Notes under the pieces: model-generated | What the model was told of the DNA's origin: nothing | Databases searched by the model: none | Seen by the model: only the letters and a program-made list of their open reading frames with translations | Program-made: the position numbers and the translations under genes | Shown: positions 56,992 through 64,000 of the stretch, one piece after another | How positions within the stretch are numbered: position 1 is the first letter of the stretch | Layout: each line of letters starts with the position of its first letter | Source: Octopus vulgaris | Lineage: Eukaryota | Assembly: GCA_951406725.2 (NCBI GenBank) | Contig: OX597814.1 | Coordinates: 11,036,001-11,100,000, forward strand | DNA: 64,000 nucleotides | Reading direction: 5' to 3'

Positions 56992-57347
56992 TGTATGTAT
57001 GTATGCATGTATGTGCGTATGTATATACATTTTTAGAGGGACTCTGTCCGTGTTATAAACCCCATTAGTGGGTTTAAATAATATTGTAAGATTGTTAAAT
57101 TTTGGAAATCGTCTTTATTTAGTACCTAGTAGTTATGTTGTTACTTTCGTTTAAATCGGAGGTATTTGAAATTTCACAGGTTGCATTTGTCCCACTTAAA
57201 GCTCCCTAATCGCAAGGGAAAATAAATTTAATGTAACTCATCGTCTTTCTCGTAAAATTTTACATGAGAAAACATACTTTGTTTTTATGTATCCTCTATT
57301 CTCTTTCGTCCTATAGATGTACAGACAGCCACACAGACGTTGAGCTT

Positions 57348-57400
<53 letters not shown>

Positions 57401-57494
57401 ATCCAAACAAGAAAGCACAAAAAAACACAACAACGCGAGGACGTGGAACAAATATAGTATTATTAGACGCTCAGGAAAGAAGGAAAGAAGGAGG

Positions 57495-57529
57495 GTTTAA
57501 CGTTTCGAGCGGAGCTCTTCGTCGGAAAC
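57495..57529 (-). ncRNA. Candidate minimal type-I hammerhead ribozyme, family E
   Basis: gttt-CCGACGA-a-gagc tcc gctc-GAAA-cg-TT-aaac; in an approx. 205-bp island (57397-57604) between two long (TA)n tracts. Confidence 0.65.
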
Positions 57530-57600
57530 ATAGAAGAAAAAATACAGAGAAGGGAAGACAAAGAAAAAAAAATCGCCAACGGTACACACGCGGTCACATT

Positions 57601-57741
<141 letters not shown>

Positions 57742-57753
57742 CGGCTTACGTTA

Positions 57754-58004
57754 GTGGAGACATGTGGCTCAGTGGTTAGGGAGTTGGACTCATGATGCAT
57801 AAGATTGTGGATTCGATTCCTGGACTGGGCAATACGTCGTGTTCATGAGCAAACCACTTCATTTCAGGTTGCTCTAGTCTACTCAGCTAGCAAAGATGAA
57901 TAATGCGCCCCCCACCAGGTAGAATTATATACACCACTGAAACCGGAAAATCAGCCGTTATGAATTTTGCATGGCTCGAGAAGGAAACATTTATTCTTTT
58001 TATT
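57754..58004 (+). mobile_element. Diverged tRNA-head SINE, body B + tail 2
   Basis: Body like 13369-13696; tail gaaaccggaaaa..gcc.ttatga..gcatggctcgagaagg like 7575-7625; possible TSD gcttacgt. Confidence 0.75.
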
Positions 58005-58182
58005 GCTTACGTCCTGAGAATTTTAGAAACCTGGAGAGATGTGAAATCTTTCATTTTAACCGTTGAACTGGAAGCTGATAAAGCTATAGATAATAGCATG
58101 TTAATATAGCATGTGAGGGCCTTGGATGTAAGAGTTCGAAGGTTAGATAGGTAAGTGGGAGTTAGATAGATTATGTATATAT

Positions 58183-58470
58183 ATCACCGTGACCGACCAG
58201 CCTATCAGATGTTGCTACACATCGCTGGTCACAATGCGCTTCGCATTGTTTTTTAGCCTTCAAATGACGCCACCCCGCTGGCTAAGCGAGCTGGGCAACA
58301 GAAGAAAGAATGAGAGAAAGGTGTGGCGACAGAGTACAGCAGGGATCGCCACCACCCTCTGCCGGAGCTCCGTGGAGCTTTAGGTGTTTTCGCTCCATAA
58401 ACACTCGCAACGCCCGGTCTGGGAATCGAAACGGTCCGCTGCCCTAACCACTAGGCCATTGCGTTTCCAC
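58183..58470 (-). mobile_element. tRNA-head SINE, body A + tail 3
   Basis: Head and body match 49330-49513; different tail gcttagccagcggggtggcgtc...ggtcggtcacggtgat. Confidence 0.85.
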
Positions 58471-58471
58471 A

Positions 58472-58575
<104 letters not shown>

Positions 58576-58590
58576 TATATATATTTATTT

Positions 58591-58676
<86 letters not shown>

Positions 58677-59338
58677 GGATGGATGGACTGATAAGTTGAC
58701 AGACAGTCAGACCTACAGACAGACAGATAGATATACCCATACACACACGCACATATATGCATACAAACGCACACACACATACACACGCACACACGCACAC
58801 ATAAGTTCACGCACCTCAAATTCATTTATTTCTAAATGCTGTATTTGTTTTCCGTGAGAGTTTGGCGCGCTGTTGGTTGGGGCATTTGAATTATAACGTC
58901 CGATGTAATCAATTGAACCGCACGCGTATTTATCGTTATGGTAAAATCTGGCGTGTGATTGAGTGGATTTCATCCAGATAGTCTTGGCTGAAGAGCTACA
59001 AATGGATTATTGTAAGTAATATTACATTTAATTCATTAATAGCGAAACAATTGTCCCAAAATAATCTGTATTTTTGTTATTTTTTATTTGCCCTGTCCGT
59101 GTGAGCTAACAGTCGTACTGGCTTTCATGGGAAACATGTATTTTTCGTGGTTGAAACCTTTTGGATTAACTGGTGCTAGGGTGATCAATATAGTGACCAC
59201 TCTCTTATATTTATTTTGTGAAAATATTATAATATGTTATAAAATATTATAATAATCCAGGTTTCTCGTAGCACTAGGCCACTTGGTGTGGAATAAATAT
59301 ACTATTAAATTAGTATCTAATTCTCTCACCCTTATTAA

Positions 59339-59436
<98 letters not shown>

Positions 59437-59438
59437 AT

Positions 59439-59675
59439 ACCAGTGTAAGCACACAAATGCGAAACAAGGTGGAAAAAAACAGTAGTCGTATACCAAAGGT
59501 AGAGTAATATGCTTTATTAAAAAGCAGCAAAGCATCAGAGTTTCACGTTACCGTTCGTCAGACAGTTATGTTTAGAATCTATATTTGCTTACAATCTAAA
59601 CAAAACTGTCTGACAAACGGGGACGTGAAACTCTGAGTAACAGCTTTTGTTATACTTTTGCTGCTTTTTAATAAA

Positions 59676-59680
<5 letters not shown>
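59439..59680. mobile_element. Fold-back repeat carrying two oppositely oriented family-C hammerhead motifs
   Basis: Minus 59576-59535 aactgt-CTGACGA-acg gtaa cgt-GAAA-ctctga (truncated); plus 59602-59649 aaaactgt-CTGACAA-acg ggga cgt-GAAA-ctctgag-TA-acagctttt; (TA)n on both sides. Confidence 0.75.
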
Positions 59681-59717
<37 letters not shown>

Positions 59718-60393
59718 ATAAGAGTAAATAATTTCTATAAAGGCTTTTAAAAAAACCCCAATTATTTACTGGTAGAATTCGGTATGTAAATATAGCCGAT
59801 TACCGGAAGGAACTTCTGTAAAGTCCAGTATATATATTGTATATAAGAAAAAGGGACAGGCAAACAGGTTGCTTGACCGCATACCGAAAAAATAGAAATA
59901 GCAGTCAAGAATGCTTATTTCTATCAAAGTTGGACTCCGGGCATGACAAACCCTGTAATTCACATATGCAAAACAGAAGGAATAGATAACGAATACGAAG
60001 TCTGGCGGTTATCTGTGAACATCATGTTTCTGGATTATAAACATATTGAATATATATTCCATATATATTTTTGATATATATTTCATATACATTGCATATA
60101 TATTTCACATCCTTCTTCAGCACAGCTTTCCATTGAAAAAGATTTATCATAGATTTATCAAATGCTACGTACCTCAAACCTTCTGACCATGCGACATCAA
60201 AATATTTGAAGAAAGTGAGCAAAAGCTAAACCTACATAGACGTTTGAATTCGTAAATCTTCCCTCCAAAATTTTTCCATGCGCATTACAAAAATAGTTCC
60301 ATAAGATGGGGAACAATTAGGTTGTCATAAGGGAGTGAAAAATCCAAATAGTAATATAATAATAAGAGTAAATAATTTCTATAAAGGCTTATA

Positions 60394-60523
<130 letters not shown>

Positions 60524-60538
60524 TATATACACAATCAT

Positions 60539-60617
60539 GTGGAGGCTCAGTGGTTAGGGCAGCGGACTCGTGGTTGGAGTATCGTGGTTTCGATTCCCAG
60601 ACCGGGCGTTGTGTGTG
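60539..60617 (+). mobile_element. Isolated head of a body-A SINE
   Basis: cagtggttagggcagcggactcg...ggtttcgattcccagaccgggcgttgtg. Confidence 0.8.
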
Positions 60618-60819
60618 GGAATTTGACACACTGTGTCGTGTTTCGAAAAATTATGATAGATTCCTGTAACGAGAGAATGACTGAAGAGTTTTGTGAGTAA
60701 AAGTTTGGCAATCGTGGAGCAATTTTTTACGATATTGGAAGGTATATTGTTGATCTCCTTGCTGTTGTTAATATCAAGCGTCTCAGATACGAATCATTGT
60801 AACGTATCGGTGCTGACAA

Positions 60820-61310
60820 TAATTTGTATGGAAAATGTATAGAAATAAAGGCCTCTCCGAAAAAGTACAAAAGATATGCGGCCCATATGACATAAGGAGA
60901 GTATTCAAGAGTAATAAAACACTTCGCAAATATCTCCTTCGAGTAAAATTACCAATAGAAGAGAATATGACTAAAGATTGCGTGTACTCTATCCCATGCA
61001 GCTGTGGTAGGTTATACAAAGGCGAAGCATGCCGTCCCCTCAAAATAAGGGTAGAGGAACATCGCAAAGTTGTGACATAAGGAGATATTGATAAATCGGG
61101 TATAGCTGATCATGTATGGAAAAACGGAGACCGCCTCCTCCTGTGGGATGAAGTTAAAATAATGGACAGAGAACACCACTGGAAAACACGAAAACTAAAT
61201 GAGACAGCACATCTACTTGGACATAACCGCCTAAGTAGGCCTGGTGCAGATATCAGTAGCATATGGGAACTGGTATTAAGGAAGGATAAGAAAATATTGG
61301 ATTTATAAGC
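60820..61310 (+). pseudogene. Penelope-like element C-terminal GIY-YIG endonuclease fragment
   Basis: KGLSEKVQKI..VFKSNKTLR..CVYSIPCSCGRLYKGE..RPLKIRVEEH..*..KSGIADHVW..WDEVKIMDRE..RKLNE; one in-frame stop at 61078-61080. Confidence 0.9.
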
Positions 61311-61337
61311 CCTAAAATTCACTCCATAATTGCTCAT

Positions 61338-61409
61338 GGTTGGTGTAGTGGTTAAGAGCGCAGGCTACTAACCCCAAGATTCCGAGTTCGATTCCAGCCA
61401 CTGACCTGC

Positions 61410-61410
<1 letters not shown>
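61338..61410 (+). mobile_element. tRNA-like short element followed by (AAT)n, directly downstream of the Penelope-like ORF
   Basis: Near-identical to 5325-5400. Confidence 0.75.
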
Positions 61411-61507
<97 letters not shown>

Positions 61508-62018
61508 CTTAACTGATTGGAAGCGTTATCATGTACATTGTTTGTCTTGGTATAAAAGTTGGGCTACAGAAAATATTCTGCTCAATACCACAGATTTGCT
61601 TGTCAGTTGTTTGACCATAACCAGTTGAGCATGTCCCTTAGTGGCTGACGATATGTGCATCTCTAATCACGAGCAGAAGTAGTGGGGGAGCATCATAGCC
61701 ATGTGTTGAGAGGGATTCTTTGGGGTTTGAATAATTCACCTCTAGAGACATGGGTGGTTTCTTCAACATCCTTAAACAACCCTTATTCAGGGACCGTTTG
61801 AGCGGGATGGGCTACTCAACCTGAAGAAAATTCTAACTGGGCCCCACCTGCAAGGTCATGTGCAGTTTATCTTGATATGAGATCACCATGTCGCGCACAT
61901 ATGGTTGTGATGCATGTGCCTGGTGTACCCTTATCAGACGGGTAGTCATGATGGGTATATTGGGCTTCGTATATTTTACCCCAGTGTCACTTTGATGGCA
62001 TGAACTGCTCTCTCACTC
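61508..62018 (+). mobile_element. Non-coding insertion inside (AAT)n, probably the 3' UTR of a truncated TAA-targeting LINE
   Basis: Complex 511-bp sequence bounded by AAT repeats on both sides; family assignment is inference. Confidence 0.5.
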
Positions 62019-62071
<53 letters not shown>

Positions 62072-62073
<2 letters not shown>

Positions 62074-64000
62074 GTTGAATGCCTTCCCAGAGAGCCATGA
62101 ACTGCTAACAGAACTTTACAATGATGTTTTGCAACACCCTAGTAGGATGCCTCCTTGGCTAGTTAATGGTTTAACATTCCTGCTCCCAAAGAGTGAAGAA
62201 ACAAATGAACCAAAAAAACTCTAGACCCATAACCTGCTTAACAACTATGTATAAAATGCTAACATCTGTCCTGACGGAATACACCTACAGTTTTTTAATA
62301 GACAGCAGCATATTCCCTAATGAACAGAAAGGATGTAAACGTGGATCCTATGGTTGTAAAGATCAGCTACTCATCAATAAGATGATCTTAGAAGATTGTC
62401 ACAAACGACACAAAAACTTATCAATAGCCTGGATAGACTATAAAAAGGCTTTTGATAGCCTATCACATAGCTGGATTAAGAAATGCCTAGAAATGTACAA
62501 AATAGTGCCTACTCTGCGAAACTTCTTGTCTGTAAGTATGAGATCATGGAGAACCACACTAACTTTGAACAACGACAATGAATCTCTAAATGCTGGTGAT
62601 GTAAACATTTCATGTGGCATTTTCGAGGGTGACTCACTATCACCACTCCTCTTTTGTTTAGCCTTAATACCTCTCTCAAAATTGCTCAATGACGCACAGT
62701 ACGGATATAACATGTTGGATAAAAATATAAATCATCTCATTTATATGGATGATTTAAAGATCTTTACAAAAAATGACCAACAACTCAAGGGTTTACTAAC
62801 GATTATTAAACAATTCACTGATGACATCAGAATGCAATTTGGCCTCGATAAATGTGCAAAAGCTACCTTTATCAAAGGAAAAATGACAGAAGCATCTAAC
62901 GTTTACCTCGACCAGCAGAATGTCATAAAAGAGTTAGACCCAGCGAAGAGCTACAAGTACCTAGGGGTAATTGGAGGGGACGGAATAAGGCATTCAGTGA
63001 TGAATGCAAGGATCAGGAGAGAATGTTATCGCAGAGTAAGAGCAATACTCAAGACAGAGCTGAATGCGAGAAACAGGATCGAAGTGATTAATGCTTTAGA
63101 CATACCATATCGTTAACTGGTCAATCATTGAAATATGTAATCTTGACAGAAAAATACGAAAACTGTTGACACCCTAAGGCAGATATAGAACTACTTTATC
63201 TGCCAAGAAATGAGGGAGGCCGTGGTATTTTACAACTGGTAATAAGAATGAAGATTGCTACAATTTCCCTAGACACCTACCTGAAAAACTCTGAGGACTG
63301 GATGTTAAAACTTGTCTCAAAACATGAAAACAAGAAAGCATCATACTCAGTAACAAAACAGGCAAAGGAATATCTAAGTGAATTCCGAATACAACAAATT
63401 CCGGAATAAGACATACAAGAAACAAGCACAGAAAAAGCAAAGCGCATGAAAACCCGTGCTAAAACTGCTGCCTTAGATATTCTGACTGATAAATGGCAAG
63501 AAAAACCTCTCAATGGCAAATACCCAAAAGAGAGCGAATAATGCAGATGTTGACAAAGCCCTGACCCATTAATGGCTAATGGCCTCTGGCTTAAAATCTG
63601 AAACAGAAGGGTTTATGATAGCAGCTCAAGATCAATGCTTACCTACAAGGAACTACCAAGCCAACATATTAAAGAACGGCAGTAGCCCAACATGTCGTGT
63701 ATGTCAACAACAAAATGAAACCATTGATCATGTTGTCTCCAAGTGCAGTCTTCTAGCTCCTACAGAGTATCTCAACAGGCATGATAGAGCTGCACAATAT
63801 ATTCACTGGGTAATTTGCAGAAGCTTGGACTTGCCCCACGATAAAAACTGATGGGAACACAAACCATCTCCAGTGCTTGAAAATGACCACATCTCACTCC
63901 TCTGGAACTTCATTCAAACTGACAGAAAGATAGACGCGAATAGGCCAGACATCATATTGAAAGACTTCAGACAAAAACATGCCTCCTCATTGATATGACT
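62072..64000 (+). mobile_element. 5'-truncated R4/Dong-clade LINE (RT, CCHC knuckle, restriction-like endonuclease), frameshifted, continues beyond the window
   Basis: RPITCL, EQKGCKRGSYGCKDQL, AWIDYKKAFDS, GIFEGDSLSPLLF, YMDDLK, FGLDKC, YKYLG; CRVC..ETIDHVVSKC, RHD, NRPDII; 5' flank is (AAT)n. Confidence 0.93.

Noticed and set aside
59714-60390. Approx. 33-bp direct repeat taataataagagtaaataatttctataaaggctt near 59714 and 60357
   Set aside because: Probably ends of a TA-associated repeat; too little evidence to define an element

Overview
AT-rich, repeat-saturated eukaryotic non-coding DNA (intergenic or deep intronic). No host protein-coding exon can be supported; nearly all entries in the ORF track are translations of (TA)n, (CA)n, (TATC)n, (TATG)n, (ATC)n and (AAT)n microsatellites. 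The microsatellite load and tRNA-derived SINE families resemble an octopod cephalopod genome (inference from repeat recognition, not a database result). The recognisable coding sequence is all transposon-derived: a decayed DD34D mariner, an internally deleted Tc1, a 5'-truncated L1/Tx1-type LINE with an open ORF2 C-terminus, an R4/Dong-type RLE LINE running off the right end, two RTE fragments (one with a twin-priming 5' inversion), a Penelope-like GIY-YIG fragment and a heavily decayed Penelope-like RT interrupted by a Helitron. There are also non-autonomous Helitron/Helentron elements, MITEs and more than 30 SINE copies or fragments. Most notable: (1) about ten minimal type-I hammerhead-ribozyme-like motifs from five sequence families, some in fold-back arrangements and one linked to a tRNA-like head; (2) LINEs apparently targeting specific microsatellites, (TATC)n and (AAT)n; (3) SINEs built combinatorially from interchangeable bodies and tails. 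All coordinates and folds were read by eye; boundaries may be off by a few bases.
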